Assembly (NCBI GenBank): GCA_051294375.1 | Contig: CM119267.1 | Coordinates: 7,482,683-7,546,682 of the forward strand | DNA length: 64,000 nt | DNA from: Paraspadella gotoi | Taxonomy: Eukaryota; Animalia; Chaetognatha | Direction of reading: 5' to 3' | Part shown: piece after piece, positions 53,372-64,000 of the stretch | How the letters are laid out: the number at the start of each line of letters is the position of its first letter | How positions within the stretch are numbered: the first letter of the stretch is position 1 | The notes under the pieces: model-generated | What the model saw: the letters and a program-made list of their open reading frames with translations, nothing else | Databases searched by the model: none | Told to the model about the DNA's origin: nothing | Translations under genes and position numbers: made by a program

Positions 53372-55381
53372 TCAGTTTTTGGCAATTAAATGGTCAGAAA
53401 AGTGCTTTCTTGATGGATAAAAAGCATCACAATTACGACAGAAATGAATGAATTTTTCAGGACAGTGATTATCGTAAATGTGCATCTGCAAAGAAGCTTC
53501 GCTGTCTAGAAATAATCCGCAATAGTGACAAACGAAAAGAATAACGTCAAACTGTTTTTGGCGCAAGATTTTAATGTTTTGAGCATTGGGGTCGACAGCG
53601 GGAAGCGGTTCTGCCATCCTTAATGGCGTTTTGACAAAAGGTACGAAATCATGAACCTCTGAATAGTGCTTATTCCTCTGAGAATCGGCGATTGGTTCAT
53701 TACAAATTCGGCAAGTGCCTCGAACCACCGTTGAATTATGAGTTTCTCTTAAGTGGTTTATCAATTTTGGGTATGAAAAAGTTTTCAAACAAATATGACA
53801 CTTGTGTCTCACAAAAGTCTTGGATTCGTGCTGTGTTGTTAGATCTTTAATATTTCGATATTTCTGATGTAGGCACGTAGTGTTATGATCATCTGGAAGC
53901 TTAGTTTGATCGAGATTATCGGGTATAGTCGGATAATTATCTGGCGGCTTTTTTAGATCCTGATTATTGGGTATTGTTGTCTGATCCTGATTATCTGGTA
54001 CCGATGTCTGATCCTGATTATCTGGAACCGTTGTCTGATCCTGATTATCTGGAACCATTGTCTGTTCCTGATTATCTGGAACCGTTGTCTGATCCTGATT
54101 GTCAAGCATCGTTGATTGCTCATCTGACATGTTTGCATAATTATGATTTTCTGGTAGTGTTGATTGCTCATGATAATCGAGAAGCGTCGTTAGTTCATCA
54201 TTATCCGTGACCGTTGATAGATCGATATGTTGCATCGTTGCTTGATCATGATTGTCTGACAAAGTTGTTAGTTGGAGATTATCTGCCTTTTGGGTACTTT
54301 CAGTTACGTGGGTTTCTGCTGTTGCCTTCTTACTACTGTTTTTATATTTTTTTATATTCTGATTGGTTGGTAACTTACTGCGAGAAACAACATGAAATTT
54401 ATGACGTCTCATCATATGTTGATACTCTTTCTTGGTGGCTACACCACAAATTCGACAGGTCTTACCATCTATAACTTTCTGATGAATATTCAGGTAGTGT
54501 GTAACTATTTGATCCCCATTACAGATTTCAGAACACAAGTGACACCGATATTGCAGATATCTTGCATGTCTGTACATTGGAGATTGGCTTCTATTTTCTG
54601 GAGGTGAAACTTTCTTACTGCTATTACTTTGCTCATGGATATCGTTTTTATCAATAACCGATTCATCTTTATTTCTAGCATTGGGATTGTGCTCTTCTTC
54701 AGTTTCGTCGTCTGACAAAATTTCAAAGTCTACAAAATCTAGAGACTCCTCTTGCTTTGGCACCACAAATTCAGTCGATTGAACAGTCGTTCTTTTTTTA
54801 GCTGAATCTGAGGAACAAGAACTAGAACTCTGACGTTTACGAGTTTTTGAAATATTTTTTAATTCATTACTAAAGCGCTGTATCGATGATTTATTACTAT
54901 CAGTGTTGGTTTTTGATACATTGTTGATCGAAGGCAAACTACGAGCGGAAGAGCTAATCATCTTCACTTGATTATAACATGTACGAATAAGAGGCTTAAC
55001 AAAACTTTGTTTGGTGAAGCCTTTAAACGAAGTCGCCTCGCTGCTGATTGAAACTGGAAAAGGATTAATTTGGTTAGTCGACGCAGAAAAAGTGCCCCTG
55101 GTTTTGATACCGAGGGGATTGGGATAATTTAGTCGCGAGACATTTAAATAAGGTTGGGCCTGGTTATTCAAAAGTGGAAGATTAAAATTGGGATAGCCAA
55201 CAGGCACAGTTTTCTCCGCAGTTATAAGAGACACAGGTTGTTCCGTCGAACGCTCTAAAAGAACATGTTTTTCAGTCTTAAACACAGTCCAGAGTCCTGA
55301 GGTTATCTGTTGATGCAGAAGTACTCGTACAGCATCCAAAACATGCTCTACAGATTCTGCCATCGTGTCTTTTTGGGCCAT
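53372..55381 (-). CDS. C2H2-type zinc finger protein, paralog 2 (intronless CDS)
   Basis: 669-aa ORF; finger array nearly collinear with paralog 1 (QYRCHLC, DGKTCRICG, CHYCGL, HCPEKFIHFC, FYPSRKHF); internal 9-aa repeats. Confidence 0.88.
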   Translation of the reverse strand: MAQKDTMAESVEHVLDAVRVLLHQQITSGLWTVFKTEKHVLLERSTEQPVSLITAEKTVPVGYPNFNLPLLNNQAQPYLNVSRLNYPNPLGIKTRGTFSASTNQINPFPVSISSEATSFKGFTKQSFVKPLIRTCYNQVKMISSSARSLPSINNVSKTNTDSNKSSIQRFSNELKNISKTRKRQSSSSCSSDSAKKRTTVQSTEFVVPKQEESLDFVDFEILSDDETEEEHNPNARNKDESVIDKNDIHEQSNSSKKVSPPENRSQSPMYRHARYLQYRCHLCSEICNGDQIVTHYLNIHQKVIDGKTCRICGVATKKEYQHMMRRHKFHVVSRSKLPTNQNIKKYKNSSKKATAETHVTESTQKADNLQLTTLSDNHDQATMQHIDLSTVTDNDELTTLLDYHEQSTLPENHNYANMSDEQSTMLDNQDQTTVPDNQEQTMVPDNQDQTTVPDNQDQTSVPDNQDQTTIPNNQDLKKPPDNYPTIPDNLDQTKLPDDHNTTCLHQKYRNIKDLTTQHESKTFVRHKCHICLKTFSYPKLINHLRETHNSTVVRGTCRICNEPIADSQRNKHYSEVHDFVPFVKTPLRMAEPLPAVDPNAQNIKILRQKQFDVILFVCHYCGLFLDSEASLQMHIYDNHCPEKFIHFCRNCDAFYPSRKHFSDHLIAKN
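53945..54105 (-). repeat. Coding 27-bp tandem repeat (PDNQDQTTV)
   Basis: Repeated GTCTGATCCTGATTATCTGGAACCGTT units, in frame in paralog 2, with more degenerate units on either side. Confidence 0.9.
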
Positions 55382-55459
55382 TTTTGTAAGTAATTAATCA
55401 CTATAAAAATGATCAAAATAAGAGGCAATATAAGGCAAAAACAAAAAGTCTGTTATGAT

Positions 55460-56896
55460 TTAATTAAAGGTAACGGAAACATGGCTTTTCAAAGATGTGA
55501 CTGAGGAAAAAAAATTGTTGCAGTGAAGGCAAAGTTGAGTGAATCTTTTATCGGTGTGGAATTTCACGACGTGATTTTGAATCGAATTTCTGCAGCTAAA
55601 GATACGGGAGCAGTAGTGGCACTTGTATCGCGTTTTGCCGGCCACATGACATCTTAGCATGCATTTAGAAAGAAATTTTGGCGCGGTCCCACGCGCACGG
55701 AGCGAGGAACTCTCCGGAAATTCTGTTTTTATTTCCACGGCCCGCTGTATCAATCTTCGACGACGACCGTAAGAAGTTGGCTCGGCTTTGGCTTTTGAGG
55801 TTCGGGGCCGAAGGTCGAGCTTGGAGAGAAACTCGTCCTGTTCTGGATCCACTATTGCGCTAACTGTATCGTTGTTAGAAAGCCGCGAAAGTCGGCTCTT
55901 TTCCGTCGGAGCAGTTTTGTTTTTAGATTCAGTGTTTGGCCGAGAATTGACGTCATTTGTTGCCTGCTGAGTTTTTTCGCTTTTTGTCAGCATTTGCTCG
56001 GGAAAAAAATTGACTGTGGAGGCCGACGAGTGTTTTTTTACGTTTTGAAATTCAGTGCCCACGTTATCGAGTATATCGTTGAGGTCTTTCTCGAGACAAG
56101 AAGTCGTTTTGTGTTCTGTCAGAGCCGTATTAGAGCCGAACTTTGCGTTGCAGAAGAGGCACATTATATTTTTCCTGACCACGCACTTGTCACGTTGTGA
56201 GCGACGACAAGGATGGGACTTCTTCGCTAAGATACGACTGCGCCGAATTTCTCGCGGACGAACCGATATCATAGATCGACTTTTACGCTGAGAAGCCGAA
56301 GCGAAAGACCTCGTTGGCGAAAGGTTCACATCCTTAGGATTCAAACGGATCAAAGAGACTCGTAGAAAAGGTGTCGGGTCGCTCACAGGAGGGACGGAAA
56401 TTTCGGGAAATGAATCTGCAATAAGCGTTTCGGAGTTGCCAGAGGTAGCAGCATCTGCATTTTGGGCAATCGGTGCGTGGTCGTCGTCAGAGTCATTTTC
56501 TTCCCTGGATTGAAGGCCGAACGAAGCCCGCGCAGTTTCAGAATCTAAATAAGGATCATTAAGGTTCGCTTCGTCCGAGAATTCCGAGCCGTGAATTTCG
56601 AACTCTGCGAAGGGAGCGGTGCCTTTGTAGTCCCGTCCGTCGATCATATATTCAGAACTCAGACTGACGCGCGGACTGTTCGGAGATCCCACGCGATATT
56701 CGTTGATGAGAAGACGTTCCTCCTTTGTCGTTTTACTCGAGTCGTCGACAGAGTCGAAAGAGCGTTCGTATCGCTCGAGGATGATATGCTTCTCGGTTTT
56801 GAAAAGACTCCAGGTCCCGCTTTTGATTTTCTCTTCAAGGAAAGTTTCGATGGCGGCGAGTACTTGATCAAAGGAGTCGGTCAACGACTCATTCAT
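55460..56896 (-). CDS. C2H2-type zinc finger protein, paralog 3 (intronless CDS)
   Basis: ATG at 56896 (the ORF track starts at an upstream non-ATG codon); same N-terminal motif; fingers CLFC..H...C, CHYC..HVVKFH and CLHC..H. Confidence 0.85.
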   Translation of the reverse strand: MNESLTDSFDQVLAAIETFLEEKIKSGTWSLFKTEKHIILERYERSFDSVDDSSKTTKEERLLINEYRVGSPNSPRVSLSSEYMIDGRDYKGTAPFAEFEIHGSEFSDEANLNDPYLDSETARASFGLQSREENDSDDDHAPIAQNADAATSGNSETLIADSFPEISVPPVSDPTPFLRVSLIRLNPKDVNLSPTRSFASASQRKSRSMISVRPREIRRSRILAKKSHPCRRSQRDKCVVRKNIMCLFCNAKFGSNTALTEHKTTSCLEKDLNDILDNVGTEFQNVKKHSSASTVNFFPEQMLTKSEKTQQATNDVNSRPNTESKNKTAPTEKSRLSRLSNNDTVSAIVDPEQDEFLSKLDLRPRTSKAKAEPTSYGRRRRLIQRAVEIKTEFPESSSLRARGTAPKFLSKCMLRCHVAGKTRYKCHYCSRIFSCRNSIQNHVVKFHTDKRFTQLCLHCNNFFSSVTSLKSHVSVTFN

Positions 56897-56999
56897 TTTT
56901 ATCAATAAATTAGTAGTATCTCTAAAAAGAAACAACGATCAACAAAAATCCTATCAACAATTATCAACTCTAAATAAAGTCCACTAACTAGTAACTTCT

Positions 57000-59027
57000 T
57001 TAAAATTCCATATATTGAATGAAATATTCGTCCGAATTGACGGAAACATCCTCCATTTCCCCAGTGTTCTTAAGAAAAGTCTCCAAGGATTCCGCCGCCT
57101 CCAGGTATGCCTCCAAATCGGCCACGACGACAGCAAGATCTTTGAGAGTCTCCAGCCTCTGGTCGTCATCCTCGAGAGCGAGTCGAACGAAGTGAGCGTC
57201 GACCACTGAAGACGCCCACGAAAGAATTTTGTCGTAAACTCCTGGAGCGAATCTCGACGAATCGAAAGCGTTCAACATCTGCAAAAGTTGACGAAGGAGC
57301 ACACCCACTTCGTCCTTTGATAAGGTCTTCAAGCTTTTAGTCAAGTCATCCTGGCTCATAGCATAGGAAACGATCTTTTCCAAAATACGCTTCATCAGAC
57401 CCTGGTCGTCGTCCCCAGCCACGCTCATCACACCGCGCCATATACGACACAAATCCGCGGCGCCTGCGCCTTCCTGTTCCAGCGCCAGCAGGATATCGTC
57501 CCAGCGGCGACGCTCGAGCAAAACTTCGATGAGGCGGGTCCAGTCGGAGACGACGGCGACGGAGAGTAAATGCTGAAGGACGGCCGGGGGACAGAAGCCC
57601 TCGACGTCAGCGAATCCATCGACGACGACTCTCAGCATTTCCGATCTCTCCACGTCATTCAAGTTTCTTAACATTGCCACATCGAAAGCGGAAGGGTCCG
57701 ACCGTAAAGCTTTTACGCAATCGTCGAAAAAAGAGGGTCTTTTTTTGCCCCAAAAAGCGGAGGTGGAATGTTGTCGTTGAGAAGATTTTCCAAAGTTGAA
57801 GGAGAGAGTAGAGGCATGTTCTTTGACGGTATAAGGGAAGGATAGAAGTTTTCGACCTAAAAAAAAGCAAATACAAAACGAAATTTGTAACTCGATATTC
57901 GCCAACCGAAGTGGATTTTAAAAATCCTTAATTAGTTTTATTTTTATGTAATAAGAAAGAAGTGTGGGTTTTATATTTTGTTCCATAAAATTTTTTTTGT
58001 TTTACTCGGTCAGACGTAAAATGTTATAAAAGATAACCTCGCAGTCCCCACTTTACTACATCGTCCACGTTTAAATCTTACCATCGACAACGAGTAAAAA
58101 ACTCGTCCCCAAATCGCAACTAATTCCGTCGCCCGCGTCGCCAACGAATTCCCGCGAGGCCAGGATGGTGCCGAACTTCAGTCCGACAACGACGAGGCAG
58201 TTGGCGGCGGGTTGGAGGGCGAAGGCCACGTCGCGGGCGGAGTCGACGTGAAGAAGATGAAGACCCGCGGGGATTTGAACGTCATTGGCAGCGGGGAAGA
58301 CGTTCGGAGCGTGCGGCGCAGAGTCGTCGGCGACCGGAAGGAGGAATTCGATGAGGCGTCCGTCCGCACCAAAGACGCAGACTGATTCTTCTCTCATAAA
58401 AACTCGGGAAAGTGGCGAATCAAAGGATTGCGGCGCCGAAAGTCGAAAGATCGCGGATTTCCCGGATTCGAAGTGAAAAATTCGGCAAGTGAGACGGCTA
58501 GGGTCGGCATCGTCGTCACGGCTGACGACGGCCATTTTTTTCCCATAAAAATCCGACGCAACCGCTCTCGAACTCACTTCAAATTCCATCGCTTCCCGGC
58601 CCCAAAGTTTCCTGATTCTACCCGCCGAGTCTTTGATGGCGACGCCGCCATCGCCAAGAGCAGTCAATGACGGCTTTCCGTCACGGCGTATATGGGGTGT
58701 CCACAAAAGAGTCTTTTCGACCCCATCGCTCAAAGCGGACGCCTCTCGACTCCATTTCCACAGTTCGGCGTCGTCGACGACGGCGAGGAAAGTGGAGACA
58801 AAAGGGGAATCTTTCGAAGAATCAGTTACGCCTGTCGCCGAGCAAGAAAATCGACGAGGTTCGGTAAGAGGGTAATTCCGCGTGATCCTTTGCGACCCTG
58901 TGTCGAATACGGAGACGACGCCGACACAAGTGACGAGTATGTCGCATCCGTAGACGGTGACGCCGAGAATGGTCGGCCGGGAGCCAGAGGTTTCCAACAG
59001 CGCGAAGCTTGGTTCCAGTTCTGCCAT
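57000..59027 (-). CDS. NOL11: Nucleolar protein 11-like (Utp8 counterpart), 2 exons
   Basis: N-terminus MAELEPSFALL...ILGVT...ILVT...LWKW and C-terminal ILSWASSVVDAHF...YFIQYMEF resemble NOL11 termini; divergent in between. Confidence 0.7.
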
Positions 59028-59881
59028 TGCTGGATACAAATCTGAAAATTAGCTATGGTGTGGAATCAAACGGATTTCACTGGGAATGATGATAAAAAGA
59101 AATTCGTACGTAACCCAATTTCGCATTTTACCGGTGACATTGCGAAAAATTACAGGGGATAACTATATAGGTCACGACTAAACAAGTGAATTTCTTTTAT
59201 TTGGCAATTCGCAATTAGTGGTTTCCACAGTTAATGTACTTTTGACGGTTCGCTTGAAATATATATTCATATATACCAAAGCATTACGTGGTATACAGTC
59301 AAAAAATGTATACCCGATTATCTACAAAAAAATAATTTTCTTAGCTTATATTACATAATTAAATGTAATTAAATGCCAATCGTGTGTTTATCTATGTGTT
59401 GGTGAGACTTAAGAAAAATGTACACAATAGACCTAGATCAAATCAGAGATGGCAAACGACTATGAAAACTTAAACGATAAAAATGAATACCATTAAAAAG
59501 TACAACTCAATTTCCTAGAAAGGCGAAAACGAAAAATACAATTGTCATCCGCTAACCTAGAACCGAATTAGTTACAAAAATTAATACGGTAGAAATTAAA
59601 AAAAAGAAAAAAACAAATTCATTTTTGTTTTCAATCGATTCCTTCAGCCAAAAAAAATATACTGATTTTAAAGCGAATAACAAAAGTGAAAAAAAAATCG
59701 AGGGGCGAGCAAGAGGGAGGGAAAAGGGAATGACGAGATAGCGGGACGTAGGCGCGACGTTGTCAATGTACAAAAACAAATATCAGATCAAAATTGCGCC
59801 AATTCGAAGCTCTTGTCTCTTCGATTTCTTGAAACATATCAGGGGAAAAACAAAATGTGGGTGAAGCAAAGCACCCGCAGG

Positions 59882-59885
<4 letters not shown>

Positions 59886-59935
<50 letters not shown>
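59886..59935. repeat. (GA)n microsatellite in the presumed MORF4L1 3' UTR
   Basis: Direct observation. Confidence 0.95.
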
Positions 59936-59938
<3 letters not shown>

Positions 59939-59983
59939 TGCGAGAGGTTGGTTAAAAAAGGAAGCAAAGTGTGTCAGAGCAAT

Positions 59984-62712
59984 TTAGTTCCCCAAGGCGC
60001 GTCGATTGTAATCCGGGGACGCGACTTGATATTGGGAGGAGCCTTTGAAGTATTTCGTCTTTCGTTCGACGAGGAAATCGAGAAAGTCGTGGATGACCCC
60101 GAGAAGCATCTCCGTCTCTTCCGGTTCCAGGGGTGTGTAGGAAAGAACGGAACCGAGCTGTGTGCGAAAGGCGAGAAATTAGAAATGGAGAAAAAAAACA
60201 AAAAACAAGGAAGCAGCGATAGGCGATGATTAAAGGGAGACTCACCTTTACGAAGAGTCTGAGCAGATGAATGGATCCGTAGACGGAGCTGAGGCCGGAT
60301 GCCTCGTCCGCGTCGGACGCCGTTGCCTCGTGGGTCTTCTTGATCTCAGCGTACTGAGGGCGTTCGAACTTGTAGAGGAGCTGGGCGCCGAGCATAAGGT
60401 TGAAGTATTCGCGCATACCTAAAGGCGAAAACTTTTAATTTAAATTTGACTAGTCCTAATTTAACAAGCTAAAACGAGGCATTGTAGCTTGTACAGAAGC
60501 AAAGGTAAATTAAAAAGCGATGAACTGTAAATCTTAACCACAGGAGTTCGAATAACCTTGCACGAACTCAGTCCTGACGAATGGGTCCGGCAAAGTCTCT
60601 CGCGACCCGACGTACTCGTCGAGGATTTGTTCGACCGTTGGAGTCGCCGGTAACGTCACCAAGTGCTTTTGTCTGAAACGAAAAAAAAATGAGTTGAAGC
60701 GTTTCAAACAAAGACGTCGGTTTTCTTTCTCGTGTACACTTGCCTAGAGATGGCGTCCCAATCATCCACTAAAATAGGTTTCAAGATTTCGGGAATCTTG
60801 ACTTTAATCTCCTGTTTGGATTTTTTGGAGGGAGGTTCGGCGGCGCCGGCGGCGTCTTGAGCGGCACCGATCGCCGGCGCCGCCTCCGACTCAGAATCCT
60901 GTTGATCGGCGGTAGCGGAGGAGGCGCGGGCGCCGCGTCCGGATTTTGTCGGCGGCACCGAGGGAGTGGCCGGTTTGGGGGAAGCAGGGGTTTCCGATTT
61001 CATCTTTTTTGCTGTTAGAGAAGAGAGAAGAGGGAAAGTCAAAGGGTTATGAGTTGCATAAAGTTAGGGGTAGCCGCACTCAATGGGGTGAGTCAAAAAT
61101 TTAGAGTGAGTACAAGCTCAAACGAAAATTTATACATTTTTAAGTATACTTTCAATGGACAAAAAATTTCTTATATGGCTCTATACCCTAGTAATTAATT
61201 TTTTAATATTTATTTATAGATAGGAAAGGTCAAAAATTTTTTTTAGAAATTTTAACTTTTAAGACCAGATTCAGATAGCTCATAAAAAGTTGTCTACACA
61301 AAGTATAATTCTTTTTTAAATATTTTTATGATAAGTTGGTCAAAAATAAGAAACACCATAAAAAATCTTCACGAAAGTTTCTTCCCGACATTTTTACTAA
61401 GAAAACGTAAGAATTTTTAAAAGCTGTAATTATATTTCTTGTTTAACTTTTTATGCTCTATCAGAATCCATTAAAAAATTTTAAGATTTCAAAAAAAAAA
61501 AAAAAATTGCTTTATATAGTAATATAATTTTTTATTTAGGCTAGTACCCTCCGAAAAAATATTTTTTGACAAAAAATATTTTAATACTATAATCTATGCT
61601 CATGATAGATTATTTTAACGTTGTATTCATTAACATTTAAATTTCATCGGCTATGGCTAATAAAGTAGTTGAAAATTTAAATGAGAAGGCGAAGCCTTAC
61701 CCGAGGTCGGAGTGTCCGCCTTGGGGGTCGCACCACTCGCTTTACTCTGCGTCGTGCCCGCACCACCTAAAAACAACGCACATAGTCTCATAGCTTAGAC
61801 AATTAGACGATTTCAAAAAGCCTGTCCTAATAGTTTTCGTACCGTGGGACTTCCGCTTTCCTCCCGACGAATGTTCTTTTGCCTCTTCGAAGATCTGCTT
61901 CTGTTTGTTAATGTTCTCCGCCGTCGGCTTCAGGATGTTCGACTCAGAAACCCATTCGTCCCATTTTTTGTTCCACGCCGGATAGTGGATGAAATATCTA
62001 GAAAAGAAAACAATGATGTTAAGGTGACACTCCGCAAGCCAACGCTGAAAAAAAAAAACGTCATTAGCAAACCTTTGAAGATTTTTTTTCGTAGATAAAA
62101 TTAAAGTCATTGTCCTACACATTTATATTATAACTTCATATTGATTGGTTATGATTTGACTTGGCAATGAGCGGAGAAAATTTGCCTTATTTTCATTTTC
62201 AATTTGTCTAATTTTTATAACTTTTATATAAAAAGCTATCATTATTAATATCTTTTGAAAGCTCTTGGAAATTTGAAGAGAATGAGAGCTTAATTTAATT
62301 TAATCAAAAAAAATCAAAAGGATGAAAGACGATTTTTAAAGCAACTTTTCTCTACTCATTGCCAAGTCAAATCATAAGCAATAAATACGAAATTAATATA
62401 TATAAATAAATTTGGTTTTTACTACACAAAAAAATGTTTCAGATTTACAAACGACTTTTTTTATAGCGGCGGGTTGTGGCGAGTCACCTTGTACATAAAT
62501 ACCAAAAAGAGAAAAAGAAGAGCAGATTCAGGAAAGCAAAAAGCAACAAACTTGACCCACCTGACGTTCTTGGGTCCCTTGGAGGCGTCGATCTTGACGA
62601 TCTTGGCGTCGTAAAGAACGCCGACGTGATAGCAAAGGACGAGTTCATTAATGATGAATCTCGTGGGAAACGACGGCGGCTCCACTTCCTGATTCTTGGG
62701 CTTCGCAGGCAT
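59984..62712 (-). CDS. MORF4L1: MRG15 / mortality factor 4-like 1 (chromodomain + MRG domain)
   Basis: VLCYHVGVLYDAK, YFIHYPAWNKKWDEWV, IPEILKPILVDDWD, GMREYFNLMLGAQLLYKFERPQY, VYGSIHLLRLFVKLG, YQVASPDY. Confidence 0.95.
61067..61660 (+). mobile_element. Probable MITE in a MORF4L1 intron; left end also found in the RAB7 intron
   Basis: 61067-61172 matches the reverse complement of 16279-16377. The right end is tentative (CGGCTATGGC, weak inverted match to GGGGTAGCCG). Confidence 0.5.
62124..62401. mobile_element. MITE with long TIRs in MORF4L1 intron 1
   Basis: TTATGATTTGACTTGGCAATGAG (62148) is the perfect inverse of CTCATTGCCAAGTCAAATCATAA (ending 62378), and the match extends imperfectly on both sides. 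Confidence 0.8.
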
Positions 62713-62891
62713 CGTAAGGGAGGGCGAGGTTCTCGGCTAGGGGAATGAGGCTATATTTATCGTCCGTTTATGTCCAGTTTGTGGTTGTAGCGCATCGAAG
62801 GAACTTAAAACTTGATCGTTAAAACTGTAAAATAAAAAATTTAATAAACAATTGTGAAAGGCTCAGAACGCCCATGCGAGCGCACTGTGGA

Positions 62892-63639
62892 TCAATTCTT
62901 GATCTCCAGATAACGAGGCTGGGGTTTGGCCACTTTGCGGAACTGTTTCATCAAAGAAACGGGACACTGAACCTCGCACCACGAGTACGGAACCATGACA
63001 TGGCCGTCGGGGGAGTAAGCGACGACGACACCAAGTTCGTTTTCGGCCGTTGACAAGAGGTAAGCGTGAGCGTCGCCCAGAGACAAGACGCGGGCCACGA
63101 TCAGATCAGTCGGCTGGAAACATTTGTGGATCTCCACCTTGTCCTTCTCCGTGGCTCGAACATCCTCTTTCCGTACGAGGGCCCTGAAAGAGTCCGTTGC
63201 CGAAGCGCCGTCTACGCTAACGATCGAGCATTTGGCAAAGCGGGAGTTGATGGAAGTGACGCGAGCGATCACGATCGAGCCGACGAAAGGCACGACCGCT
63301 CGTTTTTCCCTGTTAAGAATGCAACTGAATTGGTTTCCTAATTTAAGGAAGCGATTTCTTGATTAAAAGAAACGGTTGGAAGCAAAACTGCACCCTCCAC
63401 ATCTTTCACCTCTCTACTGTTATCTCAAGAACGTGACTTCCGTTCCGCCTCGGGGTCGATCGATCCTCGGGGGCTTCCAGCCGCGGCTCAAGCCGTTTGA
63501 CGGCGAGTCGACCCCCCAAACTCGAGTAAATATAGCCTTGATGCTCATAACTTCCTTGTCCTGACGAATAGGGTTCAGTCGACCGACAAAGACGTTGTCC
63601 CGGCAACACGACCCTATTTACCAACAGATTGTCATTCAT
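62892..63639 (-). CDS. EXOSC1: Exosome complex component CSL4
   Basis: VLPGQRL...GQGSYEHQGYIYSSLGG, VPFVGSIVIARVT, RKEDVRATEKDKV, FQPTDLIVARVLSLGD, LSTAENELGVV, RKVAKP; 2 exons. Confidence 0.95.
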
Positions 63640-63711
63640 AGCGAGAAGCGGTTAACTTGAAACAAAACAAAAAATTGGTTTTATCACAGCAACATGGGAA
63701 CATCAGAAACG

Positions 63712-63989
63712 TTAGCTGTTAACGTCAGAAGATTCTTCTTCCTCTCCCTCCTTTTCTCCGTTCAACTCTCTGAACACAAAGCTAATCTCGAAAAAATCCC
63801 CGGGCGCCGTAGCGTTCACGTATTTCGTGAATCTTTCTGTGTCTCTCTCGCGAAAGACCAACACCAATGCGTTGTGACGCGGTTTCATCGTCAACAGCGG
63901 CTCCTCGTCGTCGGCGGCTGCGTAGACGGTGGCGCCGCCGTGGCGTTCCGTGTCCCACGCGGCGTCGCCACCGACAAAGAGAGTCAAGT
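63712..63989 (-). CDS. OGFOD1: Last exon of prolyl 3-hydroxylase OGFOD1 (gene continues beyond the window)
   Basis: GGATVYAAADDEEPLLTMKPRHNALVLVFRERDTERFTKYVN matches the OGFOD1/Tpa1 C-terminal domain; acceptor ttttAG at 63990-63991. Confidence 0.8.
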
Positions 63990-64000
63990 CTAAAACGCTA

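Overview
Eukaryotic (animal, invertebrate-like) compact genomic DNA with GC/CpG-rich exons and mostly short (about 43-130 nt) GT-AG introns. I reconstructed 21 protein-coding genes by hand from the ORF track and splice sites. In window order they are: SPTLC2, GFOD1-like, KIF15, RAB7, a 4xRRM+2xCCHC RBM4/Lark-like gene, a 2-TM putative mitochondrial protein, RPL35, RTTN, MICAL-like, WDR48, two GNAT paralogs, EOGT, FOXRED2, three C2H2 zinc-finger paralogs, NOL11, MORF4L1/MRG15, EXOSC1 and the 3' end of OGFOD1. The main signal is that all 21 lie on the minus strand. Five stop-to-ATG spacers are only 72-123 nt, lack AATAAA, and end in a pyrimidine tract plus AG acceptor with no plausible paired donor. 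This points to a long directional gene cluster or polycistronic unit resolved by trans-splicing. Other items are a shared, unrecognised N-terminal motif on the zinc-finger trio, nested TIR/SINE/Helentron-like elements in FOXRED2 introns, two inferred GC-AG introns and a candidate RAB7 cassette exon. Gene names come from my recall of family motifs, not from database searches. CDS coordinates span first to last coding base, introns included.
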